NCBI GenBank assembly: GCA_964606165.1
Contig: CAZSFQ010000008.1
Span: 719-64,718, forward strand
DNA: 64,000 nt
Reading direction: 5' to 3'
Origin: an uncultured Mageeibacillus sp.
GTDB lineage: Bacteria > Bacillota > Clostridia > Saccharofermentanales > DTU023
Positions 1 to 8,963 of the stretch are shown here, in pieces; the first letter of the stretch is position 1, and each line of letters begins with the position of its first letter. The notes beneath the pieces were generated by a model. That model saw nothing but the letters and a program-made list of their open reading frames with translations, did no database searches and was not told the DNA's origin. Made by a program: the position numbers and the translations under genes.

Positions 1-595
1 CGGACAGCAAAAGCATGCCGCGCCCGCTCATGCCGACCGGCAAGCCCTTGGCCCCCTCCAAAATTTCATGGTAGAGATAGATGCAGTCTCTGACCTCGAC
101 AAAAAAAGCGAGGTCGGGTTCCTGCATCCTGACGGTCAGCTGATCAGGCCAGCGCTCCTGGAGGGCGGCCCCCAGTTCACAACATATTTCATAGGAACTT
201 AACGGGAAGGTTTTGTTGACTCGTCGCGCCTCGATCTTGAAGCTTTTCTTTCCGGCTCCCTGCAAAATATTCTGCGCATAGTCAACAAGAATCTGTTTCA
301 GAGCCTCATAGTCCGCCTCCAGCTCAAGGGCGGGGCTGACTGAAACGATGCCAAAGATGCGGGACAGCCGGTCAATTGTTTCCTCCACCAGCGCTTCATC
401 CTTTAAGGACGTGTCACCGGAAGCCCTGACCCAAATGCGGGAATGACTCTGCTCGATCTCAAAGCTGCCCAAGTCCGCCAGGCGTCTTTTCATATTGCCG
501 ATCAGGCGGCTGACGAAACGGCCCCGGTTGAGTCCTTTGAGAGTGATCTCCCCCAGCCGGACAAGAATCAGTGGATGGCAGGCGGTGTCGGTCAT
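1..595 (-). CDS. thiI: tRNA 4-thiouridine synthase ThiI, N-terminal part (3' end lies beyond window start)
   Basis: My own minus-strand translation from ATG 595-593 gives MTDTACHPLILVRLGEITLKGLNRGRFVSRLIGNMKRRL... The GEIxLKGxNR opening is typical of ThiI. The frame stays open to base 1 and lies directly downstream of a cysteine desulfurase. It is missing from the ORF track because it has no stop in the window. Confidence 0.7.
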   Translation of the reverse strand, partial: MTDTACHPLILVRLGEITLKGLNRGRFVSRLIGNMKRRLADLGSFEIEQSHSRIWVRASGDTSLKDEALVEETIDRLSRIFGIVSVSPALELEADYEALKQILVDYAQNILQGAGKKSFKIEARRVNKTFPLSSYEICCELGAALQERWPDQLTVRMQEPDLAFFVEVRDCIYLYHEILEGAKGLPVGMSGRGMLLLS

Positions 596-604
596 AATCC
601 TTAC

Positions 605-1759
605 CTAGCGCGATTCGATGGCATAGCGCGCGTAATGGGCGGCAATGTGTTCCGCCAGAAACCGGATGTCTTCTTGACTGTGATTGGGGTTGAAACTGAT
701 CCGGACAGCCGACAGGATGGTCTTCCTGTCATAGCCCATGGAGGCAAGGACCCTGTTCTCCCCTGCCTGTTTGGAACCGCAGGCAGAGCCTGTTGAAATA
801 TAGACTGACTCAGCTGACAGGGCGTGCATGAGAGTTTCACCCCGGATCCCGGGAAAAGCGATGGCCAGAACGTAAGGCGAGCCGTCTTCCGGCGACAGCT
901 GCTGATGGGGAATCCCAAGCCTGGCAATCTCCTGGAGGAACTGCTGCCGCAGCTTCCTTGTCTCATTCAAATTGTCTTCCAGCCGGCTTGCATGAATCTG
1001 AATTGCTTCCGCCAGCGCCAGGGCGCCCGGCACATCCACGGTCCCCGAACGAAGACCGGATTGCTGGCCGCCGCCGTGAAGAAGCGGTGTCAGCCGGATA
1101 TTCCCGCTTTTTAGAAGCAGGCCGGTTCCTTTGGGAGCGCCAATCTTATGGCCGGCAATAGAGGCCAGGTCCAGACATGAGGCCCGGAAGGAAAAGGGTA
1201 ATTTGCCGCAAGCCTGCACAATGTCACTGTGGATTACCGCCTGGGGGGCCAGGCGCCGGATAGCGGGAACAAGGGTGGGGAGCTCATTGACCGCGCCTGT
1301 TTCATTACTCACGGCGATCAAGCTGACCAGTGAAGGGGCGGATTCTTTCAAAGCCGCCCGCAGCGCGCCTCCATCCACCTGACCGCTTTTAAGAAGCGGT
1401 ATACAGACCAGCTCAAAACCCCGGCTTTCCCGGAGGTATTCCAGGGATGCCAGGACAGCGTCGTGCTCTCCGGCTGTCGTAACCAACCGCCCGGGCTCTT
1501 TGCGCAGCTGGCCGGCTGTACCTTTGAGGGCATGGTTGATTGATTCCGTGCCGCCTGAGGTAAAGATGATATTTTCCGGAAGACAGTCAAGGGAACGGGC
1601 GATGGACTGGCGGGCACTCTCATAAAGCCCGGCGGCCTCGATCCCGCCCGTATGAGGCGAAGAGGGATTATTGGCCGCTTCAGTCAGGCGGAGGGCATAT
1701 GCCTCCAGCACTTCAGGAAGAACCGGGGAAGTTGCTGTTGTGTCAAAATCGTAAAACAA
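605..1759 (-). CDS. cysteine desulfurase (NifS/IscS-type, class V aminotransferase)
   Basis: 384 aa. It has the PLP-lysine region HKIGAPKGTGLL, the active-site Cys loop STGSACGS, and the N-terminus FDTTATSPVLPEV. The first codon reads TTG. Confidence 0.9.
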   Translation of the reverse strand: MFYDFDTTATSPVLPEVLEAYALRLTEAANNPSSPHTGGIEAAGLYESARQSIARSLDCLPENIIFTSGGTESINHALKGTAGQLRKEPGRLVTTAGEHDAVLASLEYLRESRGFELVCIPLLKSGQVDGGALRAALKESAPSLVSLIAVSNETGAVNELPTLVPAIRRLAPQAVIHSDIVQACGKLPFSFRASCLDLASIAGHKIGAPKGTGLLLKSGNIRLTPLLHGGGQQSGLRSGTVDVPGALALAEAIQIHASRLEDNLNETRKLRQQFLQEIARLGIPHQQLSPEDGSPYVLAIAFPGIRGETLMHALSAESVYISTGSACGSKQAGENRVLASMGYDRKTILSAVRISFNPNHSQEDIRFLAEHIAAHYARYAIESR

Positions 1760-1764
1760 GATCT

Positions 1765-2490
1765 TCAGTTAATTTCAAGCTGCAATAAATCCGGACGGAG
1801 CACGACCCGCAAATGCTCACAGACAGCTCCATTTCGTCCGTAAAGCTGACCGGAAACGGCCAGGACGATGGTTCTTCTGGGAATCTCAAGCGCCATGGCC
1901 TCCCTGTTTTTCGCCGGTCTTGCCAAGAGGGCAACATTTCCCTTGACCGGTAAAAAGGCGTATTTATTGCTCTTAATTTCAATCATGCGTTTCCCCGAGG
2001 AAATGCTCTGGCCAAGATTGGGAAAAACCTGGGCCGATATGTGGGAAGTACACCAGCCGTAGACACGTTCTTCAAACATGATGGGCCATTGGAGCATCCA
2101 GTAGCCGGCATGCTTGACATCGGGAATGTTAAAAGCTGCGTCCAGTTCAGGGTCGGGGTCAATATGCTGAACCGGCTGGAGATTGATGTCATCATAAGAA
2201 GCCAGATTAAGAAAACTGAAAGTCAAGGCATTGAAATGAGGGATGGAAAATCGTTCCGGTTCAACGGCGACAAAGGTTCCTCTCCCTTTTTGTATCTCGA
2301 GTATGCCATCCGAAACCAGATCAGCGATTGCTTGCCGGACGGTCGGCCGCGACAAGTCGAGTTCCTCGCACAGTGTCATCTCTGAAGGAATACGCTCTCC
2401 CTGCCGGTAGATACCGTCCTGAATACGCTCGACAATCAATTCCCGAAGTTGTGCGTAAAGTGGAACACTGCTGTGCCGATCAAGTTTCAT
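1765..2490 (-). CDS. GntR/HutC-family transcriptional regulator (wHTH + UTRA-like C-terminal domain)
   Basis: 241 aa. The N-terminus PLYAQLRELIVERIQDGIYRQGERIPSEMTLCEELDLSRPTVRQAIADLVSDGILEIQKGRGTFV is a classic GntR wHTH. ATG start at 2490. Confidence 0.85.
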   Translation of the reverse strand: MKLDRHSSVPLYAQLRELIVERIQDGIYRQGERIPSEMTLCEELDLSRPTVRQAIADLVSDGILEIQKGRGTFVAVEPERFSIPHFNALTFSFLNLASYDDINLQPVQHIDPDPELDAAFNIPDVKHAGYWMLQWPIMFEERVYGWCTSHISAQVFPNLGQSISSGKRMIEIKSNKYAFLPVKGNVALLARPAKNREAMALEIPRRTIVLAVSGQLYGRNGAVCEHLRVVLRPDLLQLEIN

Positions 2491-2589
2491 GGTGACGTCT
2501 CCTCCACAACTGATGCTTACATCATATCATAGACACAGGGCGCGAAAAGATGTCAGGACGGGCGGGTTTTGAAAACTCGGACGACTGGT

Positions 2590-3621
2590 TTAAAAGGGGA
2601 TGAACTGGATTGAGATGACCTGGCCGCTGCGGTCAAGATCAGCTGCAGCGTAAAGAAAGGAAAGCGGCCGGTCGGCCAGGTCCTGATGCTGATCCGCCCA
2701 CAAAGCCGCAAGGCTTCTGATTTTTTCAACCTGGGGACTTTGAAGCGCCTGCTCTACCCCCCCGAAGAAACGAGTGCCGCCCCCCCTGCCCTTGCACTCG
2801 ATAATATGGAGGGTGCCGCGAAACAGGGTGATAAAGTCAATCTCGCCCACTCCCTTGGCAGCGTAACGGTGTTCCAATATTTGATGGCCCCGGGTGATCA
2901 GCTCCTGCGCGATCACGCGTTCAATTCTCAAGCCGGTATGGTAGGAAGACTGCTCAGCGGTTTTGCCGATTATCCCCGACAGAAAGCTTCTGCGGTGGAT
3001 CGGGCAGGCGCCATAGCGCTTGATGGCCTCAATATGAGCGGTGGTTCCATAGCCTTTGTGGGAGGCAAATCCATAGGCCGGGTAAACCTTGTCCCAGTTT
3101 TCCATCATTCGATCCCGCGCGACCTTGGCAAGGACGGAGGCGGCCGCGATCACATTGTGCCTGGCGTCGCCTTTTGGCTCAGCGAGCACCGGATAATCAA
3201 AACCCTGCAGGGAGACCGCGTCAATCAATGCCATATCCGGCTTAAGCGGCAGTTCGGTCAAGGCTCTTTTCATGGCTTCCCTGGTGGCCAGCAAAATATT
3301 GGTCCGGTCAATTTCATCAGGACCCACCATGGCGATCGACCAGGCGGCTGCGTCCCCGCGGATCAGCTCGTACAGAAAGTCCCTTCGCCTGGCGGTCATT
3401 TTTTTAGAATCATTCAAGCCATGGAAGACCCCGTCTTCAGGCAAAATACAGGCGGCTGCGACCACAGGTCCGGCAAGGGGTCCCCTGCCCGCTTCATCAA
3501 CACCAGCTATGGCACGATAACCTTTGGACCGAAGCTCCTTCTCAAAAACAGCCATGGCCTCGAAACGTTCGATGTCACGCTGGGTGATGCGGATTCTGGC
3601 TCGCCCTCCCCCTTCAGTCAT
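2590..3621 (-). CDS. rnhB: RNase HII fused to a C-terminal YraN/UPF0102-like (PD-(D/E)xK nuclease-fold) domain
   Basis: The RNase HII core reads IAGVDEAGRGPLAGPVVAAACIL ... HKGYGTTAHIEAIKRYG. The C-terminal roughly 115 aa (about 2590-2940) reads GLRIERVIAQELITRGHQILEHRYAAKGVGEIDFITLFRGTLHIIECKGR, matching the YraN pattern. The track ORF starts at TTG 3639; I prefer ATG 3621. Confidence 0.85.
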   Translation of the reverse strand: MTEGGGRARIRITQRDIERFEAMAVFEKELRSKGYRAIAGVDEAGRGPLAGPVVAAACILPEDGVFHGLNDSKKMTARRRDFLYELIRGDAAAWSIAMVGPDEIDRTNILLATREAMKRALTELPLKPDMALIDAVSLQGFDYPVLAEPKGDARHNVIAAASVLAKVARDRMMENWDKVYPAYGFASHKGYGTTAHIEAIKRYGACPIHRRSFLSGIIGKTAEQSSYHTGLRIERVIAQELITRGHQILEHRYAAKGVGEIDFITLFRGTLHIIECKGRGGGTRFFGGVEQALQSPQVEKIRSLAALWADQHQDLADRPLSFLYAAADLDRSGQVISIQFIPF

Positions 3622-4489
3622 CGGAAAGCTTATCTCCAAGCGGCCATTCGAGGGTCAGGCGGCCAATCCTGCCGCCACGAAAATCGTCGATCAGCATGTT
3701 TGAGAATCGTGGAAGATCAGCCACTTCCCGGGAAAGAAGACAGCCCATCCTGAGTGCCGCGGCCTCAAAATCCTTCTCCTCACCGTAACGACCGGCCATT
3801 TCCTGAGGGTAGGATTTTATCAGCTGTCCGAAGAGCCAGCCGGCGACTTCTTCCAGCGGCAGAATGCTGTCACGTATAGCGCCTGCTGCGGCCAGACACA
3901 AGGCTGCCTGCCTGTCTTCGAGTTTGGCCGGCAGTATGCCCGGCGTATCCAGGAAATGGAGATCATCGCCCGATCTCAGCCAGTTCAGGCTGCGCGTCAC
4001 GCCGGGCCGCGCCTCAACCCTGGCTGAGCGCTTGCCGACAAATTGATTGATCAGGGTCGATTTGCCCGTATTGGGAATTCCGGCAACAAGAATCCTGAGC
4101 GGCCGGGCGATCCGGCCCTGCTTTTTTGCTTTTTCCAGCAAAGGCACATGAAACTGATGCAATTCACGCCGGATCCGCTTCATATCAGCCCTGTTTCGTA
4201 AATCACAGGCCAGGGCCTGTATCTCCTGTTCCCTGTAATGCTTGATCCAGTCATCATTGGCCGCCCTATCCGCCAGATCTCCATGAGAGAGGATGAGTAT
4301 ATGCGGTTTCAATGGCTTGAACTGTAAAAACAAGGGGTTACGGCTGGCCAGCGGAATGCGCGCGTCTGCCACCTCAATAACCAGGTCGACATGTCTCCAG
4401 GCATTTTTCAAGTCGCGGGTCGCGCCGGCCATATGGCCGGGATACCAATGAATCTGTTTAGCGCTTTCTTTACTTGAACTATTCATCAC
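3614..4489 (-). CDS. rbgA: ribosome biogenesis GTPase A (RbgA/YlqF)
   Basis: 291 aa. Circularly permuted GTPase with WYPGHMA, GIPNTGKSTLIN and DTPGIL. It sits upstream of rnhB as in Bacillus. Confidence 0.9.
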   Translation of the reverse strand: MMNSSSKESAKQIHWYPGHMAGATRDLKNAWRHVDLVIEVADARIPLASRNPLFLQFKPLKPHILILSHGDLADRAANDDWIKHYREQEIQALACDLRNRADMKRIRRELHQFHVPLLEKAKKQGRIARPLRILVAGIPNTGKSTLINQFVGKRSARVEARPGVTRSLNWLRSGDDLHFLDTPGILPAKLEDRQAALCLAAAGAIRDSILPLEEVAGWLFGQLIKSYPQEMAGRYGEEKDFEAAALRMGCLLSREVADLPRFSNMLIDDFRGGRIGRLTLEWPLGDKLSDD

Positions 4490-4512
4490 AATTCAGTATA
4501 CGCTACAGCCAC

Positions 4513-4540
4513 AAAGAAAAAGACGGCAGGCCTGCCGTCT
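4513..4540 (-). terminator. intrinsic terminator downstream of rplS
   Basis: The minus strand reads AGACGGCAGG/CCTGCCGTCT, a perfect 10-bp palindromic stem, followed by TTTTTCTTTG. Confidence 0.8.
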
Positions 4541-4566
4541 GATCCTTGCTGTTCATATGCTGGCAA

Positions 4567-4920
4567 TCACTTCTTGGTCGGCAGTTTCTCCCGCACGCGG
4601 GCGGCCTTGCCGACGCGGTCACGCAGATAAAATAATTTGGCGCGGCGAACCCGGCCCTTGCGTAAAACCTCAATCCTGGCGACCTTGGGCGAATGGACGG
4701 GAATGACACGTTCGACGCCGACGCCGTAGGCGACGCGCCTGACCGTGATGCTCTCATTCAACCCCCTGCCCTTGCGGCCAATCACCGTTCCCTCGAAAAC
4801 TTGTATCCGTTCACGCGAACCTTCGGTGATCCTGAGATGAACATTGACGCGGTCGCCGATTTCCACGTTGTCGTACTGATCGCGCAGAAAAGGTTCTTCA
4901 ACCGCTTTTAGATAGTCCAT
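4567..4920 (-). CDS. rplS: 50S ribosomal protein L19
   Basis: [47 protein letters not shown]... ATG at 4920 is preceded by AAAGGAGG. The track ORF extends 20 codons further upstream. Confidence 0.95.
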   Translation of the reverse strand: MDYLKAVEEPFLRDQYDNVEIGDRVNVHLRITEGSRERIQVFEGTVIGRKGRGLNESITVRRVAYGVGVERVIPVHSPKVARIEVLRKGRVRRAKLFYLRDRVGKAARVREKLPTKK

Positions 4921-4994
4921 ATTGCGTTCCTCCTTTACATTCATCGGATGTTCTTGCACGCAATTGCAGCGGACCACCCCTTTAAACCTCCAGC

Positions 4995-5023
4995 ATCATA
5001 ACAGATGGAGTGAGGCGGGGCAA
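4995..5023 (-). promoter_or_regulatory. putative sigma-A promoter for rplS (about 70-nt leader follows)
   Basis: The minus strand reads TTGCCC-N17-TATGAT (-35 at 5018-5023, -10 at 4995-5000). It lies between the DHHW gene stop and rplS. Confidence 0.5.
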
Positions 5024-5034
5024 GCACCCCGGAC

Positions 5035-6156
5035 TCAAGTCAGGAAAGCTCCTGGTGAATTGAGGACCGACATGGAATACAGATGGAGCACATCTGCTCC
5101 GGGGTCAATATCTGCCAGGCCTGAAACAGCGCCCATGGAGATGTAGCGGAGGTCGATTACGATAACTTCCCGGTAGGCGTCCGCCAGCAAGGGGATCAGG
5201 CTGGATCCGAAGGAATCCCGAAAGACGACCAGCTGTCTTCCCTCTTCCCTGGCCTCATTGCCAATAATCAAAAGCGGTTTCGCGCCGCCCATAAAAAGAT
5301 CATATGGATCAGCCCCCTCCAGCTTGTCCTTCTGATAGATACCCGTCCTTTCCCCTGTAACCGGATCGTAAAGGGTCAGATTGTTCAGGCTTTGGCTGGA
5401 AAGCCAGGACAGGCGGTCGGCTTCAACCGGCAAGGCCGCCTGGCCGGCATAGGTACCGAAGTAATCCGTCAGGCCTTCAGATACCTGGTATGATTCCGAT
5501 CCGCAATCCGAAAGCCCAAGTGCTTCCAAAATATATGAAGAGACCGGCTCAAGCTTGGTCTGGTTCCAATGGGGATCGGTGCGGTAATAATGATCCAGTG
5601 AGAGATGATCCAGAAGAGATAAAAGATGGATTTCCTCATCCAGATTATTCTCAATCAGATCAAGCATCTCAGCGTAAGGGTAGTGCGGATAGCCCTCCTT
5701 CTCCGCCATGAAAACGTTCTTGTCGGGAATCAGGGCAAAGAGCTGTTTCCCCTGACCGTCAAACAGGTCACGATTCATTCTGTTAAAGTGGGCCAGGGCA
5801 CCTTCCACGGCATTTGGCCGCAGCGTTGGGTCAAGCTTGGCAAGATGGCCCTCAAGCTTGTAATAAAGCTTGTAATCCATAAGTCTCAGGCCATAGACTC
5901 TGCCCGCAGCATTCAAGCTGCGCAGTTCGTCACGAAGTGGAAACTGGTCAAGCAGGTAGTTTTCCAGATAAGCCAGGTAATCGGAAAGACCTGCCCCGTA
6001 ATAGGTGTCCAGGTATTGGCTGTAGCCTGTCAGCTGGGACAAGGGCCGCCTTTCAACTTCCGACAGCAGGCGGTCCGGGCTTGCCATCGAAACGATTGGA
6101 ACGGCAGCCAGGATGATGATGAAAAGAATGATTATCAGCTGAGTCTTGTATTTCAC
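5035..6156 (-). CDS. DHHW-family / AlgJ-PatB-like putative O-acyltransferase partner protein
   Basis: N-terminal TM segment LIIILFIIILAAVPIV. The motif LDHYYRTDPHWN is DHHW-like. It lies immediately downstream of an MBOAT gene. GTG start at 6156 is preceded by AGGAGG; the track ORF start at 6285 would overlap the MBOAT gene. Confidence 0.7.
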   Translation of the reverse strand: MKYKTQLIIILFIIILAAVPIVSMASPDRLLSEVERRPLSQLTGYSQYLDTYYGAGLSDYLAYLENYLLDQFPLRDELRSLNAAGRVYGLRLMDYKLYYKLEGHLAKLDPTLRPNAVEGALAHFNRMNRDLFDGQGKQLFALIPDKNVFMAEKEGYPHYPYAEMLDLIENNLDEEIHLLSLLDHLSLDHYYRTDPHWNQTKLEPVSSYILEALGLSDCGSESYQVSEGLTDYFGTYAGQAALPVEADRLSWLSSQSLNNLTLYDPVTGERTGIYQKDKLEGADPYDLFMGGAKPLLIIGNEAREEGRQLVVFRDSFGSSLIPLLADAYREVIVIDLRYISMGAVSGLADIDPGADVLHLYSMSVLNSPGAFLT

Positions 6157-6164
6157 GGCGCCTC

Positions 6165-7565
6165 CTAAAAGCGAAAGTACAAAAAGGGATTGAAGGATCC
6201 GTCGATGAGTGAGGCAGTCGAAAAAACCAATACTAGCGCCAGGCCCGCGACAGCGATCCAATCGGATACGGGCGCTGCTTTCCATTTGGCCAGGCTTTTA
6301 AGGGCACGACGGGGAAAAGGTGTCGCTGCAGCCAGGGCCATGAGCATGGCAGGCAGGTAGCTTTTCGAGTAATAGACAGCCATGGGGCCGGCCAGGGGGA
6401 GTCCGCTCAAGCCAAACATGCCCTTCAAGTTCATAAGCGCCTGGCCCAGGCTGTCGGCATTAAACAAAACAAAACCCAGATGGACAAGGAGGAAGGTATA
6501 AAGGAGAGCCAGGGCCGCGGGCAGTTTTTTCAGCAGCTTACCAAGGCCGGCGCGCTCCAGGGCCAGAAGGCAAAAATAGAAAAGGCCCCAAATTACAAAA
6601 TTCCATGAGGCGCCATGCCAGAGTCCTGTCAGGAGCCAGACAATCAGGAGATTTCTGTAGGTTCTGGCCACGGATCCGCGGCTGCCGCCCAGGGGTATGT
6701 AGACATAGTCACGAAACCAGGAACCGAGCGACATATGCCAACGGCGCCAAAAGTCGGTTACGCTGCGCGAGAGATAAGGGTAATCGAAATTTTCCAAAAA
6801 GTGAAAGCCAAACATGGACCCGAGCCCGATGGCCATATCCGAATAGCCGGAAAAGTCAAAATATATTTGCAGGGTGAAGGCCAGGGACCCTATCCAAAGG
6901 GACAGGACGCTTGAAGTTCCGCCTGTGGACAGGTTGCGGGCAAACTCAGCCAATGTATTGGCGATCAGTATCTTCTTGCCCAGTCCGCAGATGAATCGTG
7001 TGATGCCAGAGGCGAAGAGCTCCGCTGTTACCTTTCTGTTTCGAATCTCAGAGGAAATAGTCTGGAAACGGACGATGGGCCCCGCGATCAGCTGGGGGAA
7101 AAAAGCGACATACATGAGGAAATAGAAAGGGTTGCGCTCAGCCTCAAGGTCCTCCCGATAGACATCGACTACATAAGAGAGGATTTGAAAGGTGTAGAAA
7201 CTGACACCGATCGGCAAGGTCAGCTTGAGAGGTGTCAGGGCAGCCGGGAATAGCTGGTTAAAATTATTGATGGCGAAATCGCCGTATTTGAACAAAAAGA
7301 GCGGAATCAGGCAGATGATCAAACCGGCCGACAGCGCCAGCCTCCTCAAGGAATTTCGCTTCAGCTGGTTGATTGCCAGGCCAGCCAGATAGCCGGCCAG
7401 CGCCGTTGTCACCATGATGACCGAAAACCGCGGTTCCCCCCATGTGTAGAACAAGAGACTTGCCACGAGCAGAACCGCGTTTTTCAGCCGCGATGGCACC
7501 ACGAAATAGACGGCCAGAACAGCCGGAAGAAAGTAGTAAAGGAAGCTGATGCTTGAAAAGAGCAT
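6165..7565 (-). CDS. MBOAT-family membrane-bound O-acyltransferase (AlgI/DltB/PatA-like)
   Basis: 466 aa, polytopic. It carries WRRWHMSLGSWFRDYVYIPLGG and the LWHGASWNF histidine region typical of MBOAT. Confidence 0.9.
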   Translation of the reverse strand: MLFSSISFLYYFLPAVLAVYFVVPSRLKNAVLLVASLLFYTWGEPRFSVIMVTTALAGYLAGLAINQLKRNSLRRLALSAGLIICLIPLFLFKYGDFAINNFNQLFPAALTPLKLTLPIGVSFYTFQILSYVVDVYREDLEAERNPFYFLMYVAFFPQLIAGPIVRFQTISSEIRNRKVTAELFASGITRFICGLGKKILIANTLAEFARNLSTGGTSSVLSLWIGSLAFTLQIYFDFSGYSDMAIGLGSMFGFHFLENFDYPYLSRSVTDFWRRWHMSLGSWFRDYVYIPLGGSRGSVARTYRNLLIVWLLTGLWHGASWNFVIWGLFYFCLLALERAGLGKLLKKLPAALALLYTFLLVHLGFVLFNADSLGQALMNLKGMFGLSGLPLAGPMAVYYSKSYLPAMLMALAAATPFPRRALKSLAKWKAAPVSDWIAVAGLALVLVFSTASLIDGSFNPFLYFRF

Positions 7566-7576
7566 GAGCCGGACGC

Positions 7577-8074
7577 TTAGCCAACCGCAGTGAACTCTGC
7601 CGCCTTCGCGATGGCATTTACCTCATCCGTGCTTCCCATGACGAAAAGGACAAGCTGGCCGCGGGTCGCGACATGAAGGGCATCGGCTTCAACACAAATC
7701 CATTTTCGGAGATCGGCTTTCTCTTTCAACTCACTGGCGAACGAGACCGGGTCTTCTCCTTCAGCCAGTCTGAACAGTCCCATGGCGAAGGGGTGGACAT
7801 TGATCATGGGTTGGAGTGAGTAAGCTTCTGCATAAGTGCCATCCACCTGACCGGCTCCGATCAGAAACCCGGCTTCCCCGGCTTTGATTTCTTCCAGCAT
7901 GCCGCTCTCGAGCAGGTCTTTCATTTCAGCTTTTTCGACCATCTCCGAAAGCGCCTCTTTCAAGTCACCGATTTCTTCATGGGTCGGTTCTGTCTCCTTC
8001 CCGGGTCCTGCCGTTTGACAGGCTGATGCGAATAGCAAAGTGAACAAGAGGGTGATTGTAAGTAGTTTTTTCAT
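7577..8074 (-). CDS. putative secreted lipoprotein (possibly DUF4358-like)
   Basis: MKKLLTITLLFTLLFASAC is a signal peptide with a Cys lipobox. ATG 8074 is preceded by GGAG. The family assignment is from memory only. Confidence 0.55.
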   Translation of the reverse strand: MKKLLTITLLFTLLFASACQTAGPGKETEPTHEEIGDLKEALSEMVEKAEMKDLLESGMLEEIKAGEAGFLIGAGQVDGTYAEAYSLQPMINVHPFAMGLFRLAEGEDPVSFASELKEKADLRKWICVEADALHVATRGQLVLFVMGSTDEVNAIAKAAEFTAVG

Positions 8075-8084
8075 TTCAGACTCC

Positions 8085-8115
8085 AAATAAATAAATGATC
8101 GCGGACAAAGTCCGC
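8085..8115 (-). terminator. hairpin plus T-rich tract between trmD and the lipoprotein gene (possible weak terminator or attenuator)
   Basis: The minus strand reads GCGGAC-TTT-GTCCGC followed by GATCATTTATTTATTT. The stem is short. Confidence 0.35.
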
Positions 8116-8195
8116 CCAAGTATTGGACGCCCATATTTTGAAAAGGTTACGTGAATGAATAAAAGCCTGATATGAACTCAAGCCATCAATGATAG

Positions 8196-8963
8196 TCAGG
8201 ATTGATCCTCTTTTTCTTCTCTCTGCATGGCTTCGGCCAGAAGTTCCCAGATAGAGGGATCTAGCCTTCGATCCAATAGCAGGGAAGGTTTTTTCCTCAG
8301 GGTCTCGAGCGCTTGCATCAGTTGTCTTTCGCGCGCAATCCTGGCCTCATGACCCGAAAGAAGTACCGGAGGCACCTCGTGTCCCCTCCACAGGGAGGGG
8401 CGTGTGTATTGGGGCCATTCCAGGAGTCCGTCTGAAAAGGATTCAAGTTCCCAGGCCTCCTGGTCAGGCAAGACGCCGGGTACCAGGCGGCTGATCGCGT
8501 CGATCATGACAGCGGCTGCCAATTCCCCTCCTGTCAGTATGAAGTCACCGATGGATACCTCTTCGGCCTCTATTTCGTCAATGACGCGGCAGTCGATGCC
8601 CTCGTAATGGCCGCAGATTAAGATGACATGCGGCTCCTTGGCCAGAGATTGGGCCAGGGCCTGATCAAATACCTGGCCTGCGGGTGTCAGGAAGATTGTC
8701 CTGACAGCTTGATCCGCACCATCGCTTTCAGCTTTTGCATGAAGCCAAGCCTGGTAAACAGGTTCACACATCATGACCATTCCGCGCCCACCACCGTAAG
8801 GCGCGTCGTCGACCTGACCGTATTCGTTGATGGCGAAATCCCTGATATTTATAGCTTCCAGATCAATCAAAGCATTTTCCATGGCCCGCCGGGTCATGCT
8901 GAAGCGCAGCGCTTCCAGCACCTGATCAGGGAAAAGCGATAAGACTGAAAACTTGATCGGCAT
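8196..8963 (-). CDS. trmD: tRNA (guanine37-N1)-methyltransferase
   Basis: FSVLSLFPDQV..., YGGGRGMVM and ICGHYEGIDCRV. ATG 8963 overlaps the rimM stop (TGATG). Confidence 0.95.
   Translation of the reverse strand: MPIKFSVLSLFPDQVLEALRFSMTRRAMENALIDLEAINIRDFAINEYGQVDDAPYGGGRGMVMMCEPVYQAWLHAKAESDGADQAVRTIFLTPAGQVFDQALAQSLAKEPHVILICGHYEGIDCRVIDEIEAEEVSIGDFILTGGELAAAVMIDAISRLVPGVLPDQEAWELESFSDGLLEWPQYTRPSLWRGHEVPPVLLSGHEARIARERQLMQALETLRKKPSLLLDRRLDPSIWELLAEAMQREEKEDQS

Noticed and set aside
443-966. ORFs 443-796 (+) and 601-966 (-) at the thiI / cysteine desulfurase junction.
   Set aside because: They overlap the recognisable thiI N-terminus and the cysteine desulfurase C-terminus in other frames and contain no motif of their own.
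2686-3753. A 355-aa plus-strand ORF. Similar long antisense ORFs occur at 9595-10371, 10172-10864, 23238-23939, 38342-38698, 54901-55491, 57738-58472 and 63065-63481.
   Set aside because: Each lies entirely antisense to a gene with unmistakable conserved motifs (rnhB/rbgA, rpsP/ffh, cinA, the DUF3048 gene, pbp2, holA and prs-like 2). Each has Arg/Gly/Pro/Ser-rich, low-information composition and no Shine-Dalgarno. This is the expected stop-codon-poor shadow frame of a GC-rich genome.
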